From Candidatus Latescibacterota bacterium (GTDB taxonomy: Bacteria; Latescibacterota; UBA2968; UBA8231): DNA of 64,000 nt. The translations under genes were made by a program, and so were the position numbers. Positions 39,734 through 49,088 of this stretch are shown here, piece by piece (position 1 is the first letter of the stretch; each line of letters opens with the position of its first letter). The stretch spans positions 3,840,001 through 3,904,000 of the forward strand of contig OZ242214.1 of the NCBI GenBank assembly GCA_965206595.1. The letters run 5' to 3'. The notes beneath the pieces are model-generated. The model was not told the origin of the DNA, ran no database searches, and saw only the letters and a program-made list of their open reading frames with translations.

Positions 39734-40354
39734 TCAGCCCGCTTCTTCACCGAGCGTCTCCAAACAAGTCACCCATGCGTTAAATCGCTTACACTCCTGG
39801 CGTATCTTCGCCAGCGTGATCCATTTTGCCAAGACTGCGCCGTTCACCACCTTCTGGTATGTCGGGATCACTTTTTGGATTCTCTTGCTTGGTGCCGAAG
39901 TGTCGCTGTCGTTAATGTCCTCAGGCGTTACAAACCGATCTCTAATTCTTTTCAGCTGTTGTACGTTCGCGGGAGTCACACTTGGTATCTGCTCGAATGC
40001 TTCCACGTTTGAGAACAATAGCCCCTCAAATTCGTGCCTCTGTACGTATGGGTAGATCTTACAGCCGCCGCTGCTCGGCATCCTGTTCCCGACTTCCGCG
40101 CATACTCGCTGCTCAAGCTTAGCTACAGTCGCACCTTCCTTACCCTGGAATCCATAATAGTCGACCAGCGACGTGACCACGTCGTACGATCTGCATAAAA
40201 GACGCATCTCTCGGGCTATCTTATGCTCATTCACTCCGCCCCCAAGGTTGTGCGCATTCGCCAATACGCCTTTTTGACAAAGATGGCTGGCCAGAATTCG
40301 TTTGACGAACTCCTCTTCGGTCGGCCCCTCCACCAGGATCGCAACCCGGATCAA
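39734..40354 (-). CDS. DUF4276 family protein (TOPRIM-like)
   Basis: RVAILVEGPTEEEFV, LVDYYG, QRHEFEGLLFS, PEDINDSDTSAPSKRI, IRQECKRFNAW; TTG start overlaps the upstream TGA. Confidence 0.85.
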   Translation of the reverse strand: MIRVAILVEGPTEEEFVKRILASHLCQKGVLANAHNLGGGVNEHKIAREMRLLCRSYDVVTSLVDYYGFQGKEGATVAKLEQRVCAEVGNRMPSSGGCKIYPYVQRHEFEGLLFSNVEAFEQIPSVTPANVQQLKRIRDRFVTPEDINDSDTSAPSKRIQKVIPTYQKVVNGAVLAKWITLAKIRQECKRFNAWVTCLETLGEEAG

Positions 40355-42324
40355 GGGCGCCCTCCAAGCAGGTTCTTTTGCCACAGTTCGCTGGGCAGAA
40401 AACCTTCATCAAGCCATTCTATATAATCATCCGAGGCGAGCGAGCGTGCCCGTGTGCCGTTGTTGTCCGCTTCCAGTACTACCACTTCATCCAGCTCGAA
40501 AGCGTCTATGAGCAACGGCGACTGCGTCGCGACCACGATCTGCCTCTCGTACGACAACGCCTTGATCATCCCTCCAACCAGTGCAATACCCGCCGGATGA
40601 AGTCCGAGCTCGGGCTCGTCGAGAAGTACGAGAGTCGGCAGAATTTCGGACGGGAGGTTCAACATAGTAACCAGCGCGAACAACCGTAACGACCCGTCCG
40701 ACGTCAGATGGGCGCCCAAGGTCTTGTCGCCGTACGTGGACACCCATCGCAACGCGACCTTCCCCCGGACCTCTTGAAGATCGAACCGATCAAACCCCGG
40801 CAATACGCGACCAATGTGATCGCAAATCAGCTCGTATCGCCGCCGGTCCCTTCGCTCCAGGTGCAACAGCACCGCAGCCAGATTGCGGCCGTCACTCGCC
40901 AACCGTTGATAGTCCTGAATATCACAAGGTTTCTTGAATCCCGAGTCTTTTGATGTGTCATGGAATTGGTACACCCGACACTCTCCGAGCAGACGCACGA
41001 TATTTCCTGCCACGCGCGAGTGGATTGTCGCGGGGCGGGGCCGATGGCCGACCTCGACTAACCCCGCCTCGACGCCCCCCGTGCTGCTCTCGATCGGCTG
41101 CCAGTCCGCATTTTCGTGCTCCTCATGTCGCAAGCGGCAGGCTTCGTCCGCAAACAACAGCCGATCTTCGCTTCCGTATTTGAGCGAAAACCGATAGTCG
41201 TAGTAGTCCGCTTCTCCGACCCGTAGGGTAACTTCAACCTCAACGCGCGGCGTTGCCTTGCTGCCGTTGAATAGCTGATCGTCCCCGCCGCCGTGTTCGC
41301 CCACAAAATTTGCCAAACGGCGGGATCCCAGCATGCGATGCATCATCTCGAAGAGCCGGATGACGTTCGACTTGCCGCACCCGTTAGGTCCGATCATGGC
41401 CACCAAGTGCCCCAGCCCGCCCAGTTCCACACACCTAAGAGAGCGGAACCCTCGCACCCGAACAGACTCCACGCACGCGCCCCCGCCGAAGTCGTCCGTG
41501 CCATCGGCTTGAATGATGTATCGAAAGCGCAGTTCGTCGATGTCGTCCTCCCGCGTACTATCCTTCACGTCCAGCACCTGCACTGCGGCGTAGCAGCCGT
41601 TGACGTTACGCAATACGACAATCTCACCCTCGCGGGGTGTCCGTGTACGGCCCCTGTAATCGAGGAACCGCGCGTCAATGATCTGCTCTATCGACGTATA
41701 TCCTGAGGCCAGAGCCACCCCTTCGATCGACGGCGCGTCATTGTAGACATGGATGCTGGTGGAATTGCATTTACTCCACATCGTCTCGAACTTCAGTTCG
41801 CCTCGCCCGATAACGAAATGCTCGACACTGTCGTAGTCCAACTCCGCCTCGCCCACCAGCGCCGTCAGCTGCGGATATTTGGCTCCGCCAGCGCCCCCAC
41901 CTTGCGCCCGATGGTCAAAGAGCTTTTCGCCGATGCCTTCGGCTATTTGCGTAAGCGCGTATTCGTCGGCTCCTTTGCAATCAGTGCCCGAGGGTAATCC
42001 ATCCGGAACGGGAGTGTCATCGAAGCGCAACGGCACCACAGCGCCACTCCGTTTTGAAATCTCAGAGAGGATCAAGCCCCTTTCGTCTCGTTCCCATGCC
42101 CGGTCAAGGTATTGTCTGGATAACAACAAGACGACGAGCTCCGCTCGTTCCAGACCCGCATTCCGGTCTGCATCCGCGATGCGCGGCGCCAACTCGGAGT
42201 TCTCGAAGTAGTCGCAAAAGACCGCTACCCCCTTACGTTGCAGCTCTCGCGTCAGCGTCTCAGCGACGGCGCGTTGTTCGCGAACAAACAAGAGCGCTAC
42301 TTCATGGACCTTGGTAGCGGCCAT
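40351..42324 (-). CDS. TIR domain + uncharacterised middle domain + ABC-type (AAA_21-like) ATPase fusion
   Basis: TIR-like VALLF.REQR...GVAVFCD...LLSRQYLDRAWERDER...PLRFDD; ATPase GFRSL, GPNGCGKS, SDGSLR, LLDEPELGLHP, ATQSP; GGGAG RBS. Confidence 0.85.
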   Translation of the reverse strand: MAATKVHEVALLFVREQRAVAETLTRELQRKGVAVFCDYFENSELAPRIADADRNAGLERAELVVLLLSRQYLDRAWERDERGLILSEISKRSGAVVPLRFDDTPVPDGLPSGTDCKGADEYALTQIAEGIGEKLFDHRAQGGGAGGAKYPQLTALVGEAELDYDSVEHFVIGRGELKFETMWSKCNSTSIHVYNDAPSIEGVALASGYTSIEQIIDARFLDYRGRTRTPREGEIVVLRNVNGCYAAVQVLDVKDSTREDDIDELRFRYIIQADGTDDFGGGACVESVRVRGFRSLRCVELGGLGHLVAMIGPNGCGKSNVIRLFEMMHRMLGSRRLANFVGEHGGGDDQLFNGSKATPRVEVEVTLRVGEADYYDYRFSLKYGSEDRLLFADEACRLRHEEHENADWQPIESSTGGVEAGLVEVGHRPRPATIHSRVAGNIVRLLGECRVYQFHDTSKDSGFKKPCDIQDYQRLASDGRNLAAVLLHLERRDRRRYELICDHIGRVLPGFDRFDLQEVRGKVALRWVSTYGDKTLGAHLTSDGSLRLFALVTMLNLPSEILPTLVLLDEPELGLHPAGIALVGGMIKALSYERQIVVATQSPLLIDAFELDEVVVLEADNNGTRARSLASDDYIEWLDEGFLPSELWQKNLLGGRP

Positions 42325-42549
42325 ATTGCTCCCTTTCCCTGACTGGATTTCCGGCACGTCGGGACGAACAACGCAGTCATAGCGAATTGCAAACCCCTAT
42401 AGCTGTCAGCACGTCTTTGGCTCCCAGATCCTCGTTCCCGAGGGCAAACAGCCCCTCAACCAATGGTAACATGTAGGTGGCAGCCCTGCCGGTCCTGCGA
42501 GAACACCAGCCGGAAGATGAACAGCACTATCAACCACGTGTTCAGCACG

Positions 42550-42594
42550 TGCGGGCCGAATTCGAACCTGCGACCTTCAGGTTCTGAGCCCGAA
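42550..42594 (-). other. Degenerate 3' half of tRNA-fMet-like sequence (possible att scar)
   Basis: Minus strand TCGGGCTCAGAACCTGAAGGTCGCAGGTTCGAATTCGGCCCGCA resembles initiator tRNA TCGGGCTCATAACCCGAAGGTCG..GGTTCAAATCC; no 5' half. Confidence 0.6.
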
Positions 42595-42603
42595 CCCTAC
42601 CCC

Positions 42604-42706
42604 TCAAAGACCGTACAGCCGCGCACAGTAATCCCCACAGGATCTTCCGCTTCGCCTCCTTGGAGACGCCTTCGACCTCCAGGAACTCTTCCACGGCGTG
42701 GGAGAG
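42604..42706 (-). pseudogene. C-terminal remnant of an amidohydrolase-family gene
   Basis: HAVEEFLEVEGVSKEAKRKILW/DYCARLYGL* with a frameshift in a G run. Confidence 0.6.
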
Positions 42707-42759
42707 TATAGGCAAAACAAGGCATCTCTTTGACTATAGGCAAAACAAGGCACCTCTTT
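42707..42759. repeat. Tandem direct repeat, 28-bp period
   Basis: TATAGGCAAAACAAGGCA(T/C)CTCTTT at 42707 and 42735. Confidence 0.9.
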
Positions 42760-43219
42760 TTGCCCTCCATCAAGGCGCATTCAGTAGTCCTGTACATGTG
42801 AGTATGCGGGGACTTGGCCTGCAAGATGACCCAGGGCAGGAGATCAGATCGACCTGCTCTTCGCAGTGCTGCGCGAACTCTCAGGCGAGACAAAATCAAC
42901 TCAGTACGGGACGGAGCACTGGTCGGTGCCGTGTTGGCTGTGTTCCTGCGAGTCGTCTACGGCTGATATCGCCGTCCGGCACGGGAGCAGTGCTACGCCA
43001 ATGGCCGCTGCGTGTCGGTGCGAGGTGCAGGCCGAGCTGCCGAATCGCTGTATCTGGTAATGGAAACCGAATTCTGATCGTGGCGGGCCATGCCCCGGTA
43101 AACCGCCGACCTCCGCAACGGCGAAATCGAGTGGCAACACGAACCTGGATGGCTAGATTATTGCCTGCGCCACCCCAGGGTGGTTGCCAGTGACGCGCAG
43201 AGGATTCACACCCCCCGCT

Positions 43220-43783
43220 GTTTAAAGACGACAGGAACGCTCCTGCTTGTCTTGATTGCTTCCGCTCTCGGTGTGGGTGACGCCTGGGGGTTATCGTCCA
43301 CCGCATCGGAACGCCCTTCTCTGCCACGGAAAGGGACAGCCTGGAGCGCCTCGGCATCGACTTCCGCGAAATCGACTGGACGGCGTCGCTGCTACTCGCT
43401 GCGGTGGAGCAGGATCACTGCAAACCGGTTCATTGCAACCCAACTTTTTCGCCGCTGACAAAGATATCGCCGCCACGCTTCTGATCAGAGACGGTTTCGT
43501 GGGAGTCAGCGCTCCCAGGTTGATCCGGGACCACCGGGTCCTGGTGATGGTCGATCAGGATCCGACCACGGCTTTTTCGTGGCCGGTCATAGCTCCAGAG
43601 AGCTTCGACCAAACCGTCGATCGAACCCCATGGGCTGTGTATCTGGATCTGGGCGGACCTTTCCTCGTGAGAGAAATAAGGCTGCGCCATCTGGCGGACA
43701 GGCCGGACCATTTCCTGGAGGGGTTCACACTTGCCATCAGTGACATGCACGGTGGCGCAGGTCAAAGAAACCACTTCGCGTGA
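43220..43783 (+). pseudogene. 5' fragment of a secreted discoidin-like protein
   Basis: Signal-like segment, then IVHRIGTPFSATERDSL.../GSLQPNFF...MVDQDPTTAF...YLDLGGPFLVREIRL across frameshifts; truncated. Confidence 0.5.
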
Positions 43784-43877
43784 GATCCGCGTGGTCCCGG
43801 CGGAGAGTCCATCCGGGCCGCGGCCTGCCGTGGCTCGCCTGCGGGGCAACTATATCAACGGGCTGTCAGACGGGCAC

Positions 43878-44399
43878 TCACTCCTCGTCTCTGGCGCAGA
43901 AGCGAAGCGCATACAGGTCGGCGTCGTACATGACAAACCGCAGACGCACCGGCCGCCCGGCCAGGGGACCCACACCGGCCCCCGATTTCCACTGCACCGC
44001 CAGGTCCGTCTGGTCCTGAAACAGCTCCGCCGAATCCGCTAGCGACAGCCCTGGGAAGGGCCTGCCGTTTTCGTCCTGGACCTCGACGCGGATGCTGCCG
44101 GCCGCGGAGGTGGACATGTTGAGCCGCAGCTGATCGCCGCTGAAGATCAGGGGTTTTGTGATGAACCGGCCGCCGCCGTAGGGCGCCTGCACCGAGGCGA
44201 AGCCATCGAGGCGCAGCGTCAGGCGGCGGATGCAGGAGGTGGGCAAGCGCCAGTGCTCGGTCATGTAGAGCGACAGCTCGGCCGGTCCGGTGCGCACCGG
44301 TTGGTGGAGGACCTGGCGGGCGTCCTGCAGCTCGTCGATGAGGCGGCGGTCGAGCAGCAGCTGGCGGTCGCAGCCGATTGATATGGGTGTTTCCTGCAT
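43878..44399 (-). pseudogene. GH-like propeller family gene with in-frame loss of the whole propeller
   Basis: RQLLLD...VLHQPVRT is joined directly to ELSLY...LRLDGFASV...ITKPL...RLRFVMYDADLYAL; compare 155..1621. Confidence 0.75.
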
Positions 44400-44478
44400 G
44401 GAGGCCTCCTGGTCGGCAGGTAGTTTGATTTGCACGACATTAAGCACGAACCAGAACCGTAGAGAAGAGAAGACACCC

Positions 44479-45351
44479 ATGGACCGGAACTGCCTGCAGT
44501 ACTGCATGACCGATGAACAGCGGGATCACTTCGAGGATCGGGGATACCTGGTCGTAGAGGATGCCCTCGACGACGACATGCTGGGAAAGCTGCTGGAAGC
44601 CGGCGATCGCGTCGATGCCCGGGAACGGGCTGCGCGGGCTCTGGCCCCGGATTCCCTGATGATGAAGTTCAGGACCATCGTCGAGGACGATCTGTTTCTC
44701 GAACTGCTCGATTGGCCGAAGACCTTCCCGTTGATCTGGGACATTCTCGGCTGGAACGTCCAGCACTACATCTCGCACTTGATCTACTACCCACCCGAAT
44801 CCGGGGATGACGTCGATCCCAAGCCGGGCGCATGGCACCAGGACGGCGGGCGGCCGATCCCCGAAATGGAGCGTCCCCATCCCAGGCTGTCGCTGAAGGT
44901 CGGATTCTGGCTGACCGACATCAGCGCCCCGGACAGCGGGGGGATCAGGATCGTCCCCGAAAGCCACAAACGGGATCAGGCCTCCGATTTTGCCGATGGG
45001 ATGCAGATCCGGGTGAAGGCGGGAACGGCCGTGCTGTTCGACCGGCGGATGTGGCATTCCCGCGGGATCAACACCTCGGAGAGGACCCGGAAAGTGCTGT
45101 TCCTGGGGTACAGCTATCGTTGGCTGCGCGGCCTCGACTACAACCTGATTCCCGGTGAGATTCTCGAGAAGTGCGGTCCGATACGACGGCAGCTGCTCGG
45201 CGACGGGGTGGACGTCAAAGGGTGGTGGCAGCCGACAGAGGAGGACGTTCCCCTGAAGGGCTGGCTGGCCGAGCACATGGGAGAAGAGTACGTCGAGCGG
45301 ATCGGGCAGAAGCAGTGGGAAAGGAAGAAGTGGGAAGTACCTGCCGGCTGA
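44479..45351 (+). CDS. PhyH family Fe/2OG dioxygenase
   Basis: FEDRGYL, WHQD, WLTD, VPESH, FDRRMWHS...RK. Confidence 0.88.
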   Translation: MDRNCLQYCMTDEQRDHFEDRGYLVVEDALDDDMLGKLLEAGDRVDARERAARALAPDSLMMKFRTIVEDDLFLELLDWPKTFPLIWDILGWNVQHYISHLIYYPPESGDDVDPKPGAWHQDGGRPIPEMERPHPRLSLKVGFWLTDISAPDSGGIRIVPESHKRDQASDFADGMQIRVKAGTAVLFDRRMWHSRGINTSERTRKVLFLGYSYRWLRGLDYNLIPGEILEKCGPIRRQLLGDGVDVKGWWQPTEEDVPLKGWLAEHMGEEYVERIGQKQWERKKWEVPAG

Positions 45352-45489
45352 CTGCAAACAGCCGGGCAGCGTCCCTCCCCCGGGATCGGCGACAGGCAAA
45401 GGAGGGCCGGACCCGGAATATTTGCACCGGAGTTCTGACCTGGGCTGAATCAGCCGGCACACGAAAAGCCCGCAAAGGAAGCAAAGAGC

Positions 45490-48030
45490 ATGACCAACGC
45501 GAAGATACTGATCGTCGAAGGGGACAAAGCCGTTGCCGCACACCTGCAGGAGTGCCTGCAAAACCTCGGATACACGGTGTGCGCCGCGGTTTCCCGCGGC
45601 CGCGAGGCGGTAGAGAAAGCCGCGGCCTCGCCGCCCGACCTGGCCCTGGTCGACCTGGGGCTGGAAGGGGAGCTCACCGGCCCGGAAACAGGCGAGCGGA
45701 TCGGGAGCAGGTTCGGCGTTCCGGTGGCGTACCTGATCGACGAAGCCGGGGAAGACCTGCTGCAACGGGCTCAGGCGACCGCTCCCTTCGGCTACGTGCC
45801 GATGCCCTTCGACGAGCGCCAACTGCACCTGTCCATCCTGACCGCCCTCTCCCTGCACGAGAGGGAAAGCAGGCACAGGGAGACGGAGACCCGTCTGAAG
45901 CGAATCATCAGGAAATACAGGGACCTCACCCGGCTCTTGAAAACCGTGTTCGACGGCATGAGCGAGGGCGTGGTTGCCGTCAGCGAGAAGGGCGTGCCGC
46001 TGGTCAACAACGAGAGCGCGCGGAGAATGGCCGGAATCTATCCGAGGGAGGAAGACATCAGCAAATGGCCCGAGAAATACGGTGTCTTTCAACCCGATGG
46101 TAAAGCGGTCCTCAGCGCGGACCGGAATCCCCTGTTGCTGGCTCTGAAGGGCCAGGCCACGGACGGGGTGGAGCTGTTCATCCGCAACGAACTGAAGCCG
46201 GAAGGTTTTCACGTCAGCCTCAACGGCAGGCCCCTGCTGGGAAAAGCAGGGGTTACGAGAGGGGCCGTGGTCGTCCTCCACGATACCACCAGGCTCAAGC
46301 AGACGGAAGCCCAGCTGGAACAGACGATTGCCCGCCTGCAAAACCAGGCCCAACTCATGGACACCTTGTTGAACAGCATGGGAGAGGGCGTGGTCGCCAT
46401 GGGGGAAGACGGGACCCTCCTGTTCTACAATGAGAGCGGGCGGCAGATAGGCGGCGATCATCCGCTGGAGGAAGATATCGCCAAGTGGCCCACGACATAC
46501 GGCCTTTTTCAACCCGATGGAGAAACGATCCTCCCCGAGGAGCTGAATCCGCTGTGGCTTGCCGTGAAGGGCCGGGCCACGGACGATGTCGACCTGTTCA
46601 TACGCAACGAGCAGAGGCCGGATGGTGTCTACGTCAGTGTCACCGGCAGGCCCCTGGTGAGCAGTCCGGGCGCTCCGAAAGGGGGAATGGTCGTCATCCG
46701 CGACGTCACCCGGGTCAAGCTGGCGGAAGCCGAGCTCGAACGGACGCTTGCCCTGCAGCAGGAACAGACCCGGCTCATGGAGACCACCTTCAAAAGCATC
46801 AGCGACGGCATCGTCGTCGCCGACGCGGAGGGGAAATTCCTCTACGTCAATCCCGGTGCCGAACAGATCGTCGGCATGGGCATAGAGGACGGGCCGCCGG
46901 ACGAGTGGGCAGGGAAGTACGGTGTTTGCCATCCCGACCGGAAGACACCGATGAAGACGGAGGATCTGCCGCTGATCCGCGCCATCCACCGCGGCGAGTC
47001 CACCGACGAGGAGGACATCTTCATCCGCAATCCGAAGAATCGGAAGGGCGTCTACATCCGGGTGAGCGCGCGGCCGCTGCTCGACAAGATCGGCGGCATC
47101 CGGGGAGGCGTGATCATCTTCCGCGACGTCACCCGGCGCAGACTCGCCGAGGAGGCGCTGGCGAGGGCCTTCGCGCAGGGGCGGTCGGAGATCGTCGAAA
47201 CCATTCTCCACAACATCGGCAACGCCATCAACAGCGTCACCACGGGCATCGAGACCGTGCGCCGGAACCTGGTGAACGACCCGGTCGGCCGCCGTCTCTC
47301 CGCCCTGGCCGCGGCGGTGCGGGAGCACCGGGAGGACTGGCTCGACTACATCGCCAACGACCCGCAGGGCCGCAAGGTGATGCCCTTCATCGTCGAGCTC
47401 GCCGAAGGCTCTTCCAGGCGCAACGAAGAGCTGATGAAGACGGTGGGCCGCGTCCGCGACCGGGCCAACCATATCGCCGACATCGTCCGCACCCAGAAGG
47501 GGCTGGCCCGTCCCGGCAGCATGGATCGCAAGGACATCGACCTGCCCAAGGCGCTCGCCGGCGCCGTCAGGGTGTTGAGGGACTCGCTCGATCAGAGGGG
47601 CATCCAGGTCGCCATCGACTGCGACGGCGCGCCCCGGCGGATCCGCATCCAGGAGAGCCAGTTCCACCAGATGCTGGTCAACCTGGTCAAGAATTCCTTC
47701 GAAGCCATCGACGAGCTCGCCGCCGCGCAGGGACTCGACGACACCCCCCTCATCCGCATCAGGGCCAGCGCCGGGGAGGAATTCCTCGACCTCGAAGTGG
47801 CCGACAACGGCATCGGCATCGGCAACAAGGACACCAAGGAGCTTTTCTCCCCCGGCTACACGACGAAACAGTCGGGGAGCGGGCTCGGTCTCCATTCGGC
47901 CGCCAACTTCGTCATTGCCATAGGAGGGCGCATTCAGCCGTTGAGCGAGGGCACCGGAAAGGGAACGACCATGCGCGTGACGCTGCCGCTTTCCGCGGTC
48001 GCTCCCCACGCAACCGCGGGAGCCGATTAG
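45490..48030 (+). CDS. Cytoplasmic hybrid sensor kinase: REC-PAS-PAS-PAS-DHp-HATPase
   Basis: LVDLGL receiver; three EG/DG-VV...N PAS repeats; LHNIGN H-box; [25 protein letters not shown]; no transmembrane segment. Confidence 0.92.
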   Translation: MTNAKILIVEGDKAVAAHLQECLQNLGYTVCAAVSRGREAVEKAAASPPDLALVDLGLEGELTGPETGERIGSRFGVPVAYLIDEAGEDLLQRAQATAPFGYVPMPFDERQLHLSILTALSLHERESRHRETETRLKRIIRKYRDLTRLLKTVFDGMSEGVVAVSEKGVPLVNNESARRMAGIYPREEDISKWPEKYGVFQPDGKAVLSADRNPLLLALKGQATDGVELFIRNELKPEGFHVSLNGRPLLGKAGVTRGAVVVLHDTTRLKQTEAQLEQTIARLQNQAQLMDTLLNSMGEGVVAMGEDGTLLFYNESGRQIGGDHPLEEDIAKWPTTYGLFQPDGETILPEELNPLWLAVKGRATDDVDLFIRNEQRPDGVYVSVTGRPLVSSPGAPKGGMVVIRDVTRVKLAEAELERTLALQQEQTRLMETTFKSISDGIVVADAEGKFLYVNPGAEQIVGMGIEDGPPDEWAGKYGVCHPDRKTPMKTEDLPLIRAIHRGESTDEEDIFIRNPKNRKGVYIRVSARPLLDKIGGIRGGVIIFRDVTRRRLAEEALARAFAQGRSEIVETILHNIGNAINSVTTGIETVRRNLVNDPVGRRLSALAAAVREHREDWLDYIANDPQGRKVMPFIVELAEGSSRRNEELMKTVGRVRDRANHIADIVRTQKGLARPGSMDRKDIDLPKALAGAVRVLRDSLDQRGIQVAIDCDGAPRRIRIQESQFHQMLVNLVKNSFEAIDELAAAQGLDDTPLIRIRASAGEEFLDLEVADNGIGIGNKDTKELFSPGYTTKQSGSGLGLHSAANFVIAIGGRIQPLSEGTGKGTTMRVTLPLSAVAPHATAGAD

Positions 48031-48140
48031 CTGGAAACCGGTCCGATGCGCCCGTTGCAGGCCGGGAGCGGGCCCGGTGAATTCCTTGCCTGTGCGAAGA
48101 ATGAATCGCTAATTTGTCGATGAGAAACAGGGGAGCTGCC

Positions 48141-48425
48141 ATGAGCCTGATCGTCTCGGAAGTCTACGATGCGCTGATCGAAGCGGGTACGTCCGAAGAG
48201 AAAGCCAAGGCCGCCGCCGGGGCCATACCCCTGGCCGAGCGGCTGGTCACCAAGGAGGACCTGGACGAGCTGAAAGCGAGCTTCGATGAGCGCTTTGGCA
48301 AAATCGATGAGCGCCTTGGCAAAATCGATGAGCGCTTTGGCAAAATCGAGCGCGACCTCGGCCTGCTCAAGTTCGGCTACGGCCCGGCCATCCTGGCCCT
48401 GCTCGTCAAGATCGCCTTCTTCTAG
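48141..48425 (+). CDS. Small coiled-coil protein with C-terminal TM helix (CCDC90/DUF1640-like)
   Basis: EVYDALIEAG.SEEKA.AAA, LVTKEDL, heptad repeats, hydrophobic tail; GGGAG RBS. Confidence 0.8.
   Translation: MSLIVSEVYDALIEAGTSEEKAKAAAGAIPLAERLVTKEDLDELKASFDERFGKIDERLGKIDERFGKIERDLGLLKFGYGPAILALLVKIAFF
48285..48347 (+). repeat. 3 x 21-bp coding tandem repeat (DERFGKI)
   Basis: GATGAGCGC(T/C)TTGGCAAAATC three times. Confidence 0.95.
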
Positions 48426-48685
48426 CGCCGTCCTCACGGACGGACCCCCCGTGGCCGTTGATGGGCCGGTTCGCGCCGTGAACCGGCCGGGGCGCCGGTA
48501 CCGAGGCCGCCGCCGCCAAGCCCCCCGCCGCCGCCAGGCCGCCGCCGCGGCCCTCCGGTTTCCCCCCACCCTGTAGCCTCATCTGGACGACACCCCCCTT
48601 CTCTTTCAAGATTACGCGGGCAGCACACGTACATCTGTGGTTGCTAACGTGTGTTGTTCCCGGGACCGGGGCGCCACTGCCGCTG

Positions 48686-48933
48686 TGTTGCAAAATGCGA
48701 CTTGAGTCTCAAATTGCCACACAGCCTCTGTCCCACCCTCGGATTTTCCCCATAACTCCTTTGTAGACATCCAGTTATACCCCCTGTTACTGCAAAAATG
48801 CGGCCTTTCGGCGGCTTTCCGTGAAGCATTTTGCAACACGCCGGCCGAAATCCAATCGTTCAGGAAAAGCGCTCCAACTCCTTTAACTACAATAAGTTGG
48901 ACCTTTTTATTCGAGAGCGGCACGGATTTTGCG
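48686..48933 (+). promoter_or_regulatory. Sigma54 promoter with upstream enhancer-like dyads
   Basis: CGGCACGGATTTTGCG (GG 48919, GC 48931, N10 spacing); dyads TGTTGCAAAATGCGACT at 48686 and AGTCTCAAATTGCCACA at 48705; inverted GCATTTTGCAACA near 48826. Confidence 0.8.
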
Positions 48934-49088
48934 GTTCATATACCGGTCATTTGCCCGATTTAGACTGATTTGCCCGATTTCCACGCTGGCACGGCGGCCG
49001 GCCGCCGTGCGCGGGGTCGTCGATTCTCGCGGAACGGCCGCTGCTGATACATCCGCCCCCGTGAGATGCCCGGAAAGGACGCAACCAG

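Noticed and set aside
39430-42910. Short similarities flanking the TIR operon (AGATC..CTGCTC..TGCGCGA and CTCAGTACGG near 39430-39548 and 42846-42909) as direct repeats
   Set aside because: Too short and inconsistently spaced to distinguish from chance by eye.
45455-45470. Sigma54 promoter for kinase 1 (GGCAC...GC)
   Set aside because: Weak -12 element (AAGC), the start would fall within the RBS, and there are no enhancer dyads.
44440-48009. 1189-aa antisense ORF and similar long shadow ORFs (2785..5271, 9056..11641, 48960..51014, 51033..53060)
   Set aside because: They mirror well-supported genes on the opposite strand, which is expected in high-GC DNA, and show no motifs.
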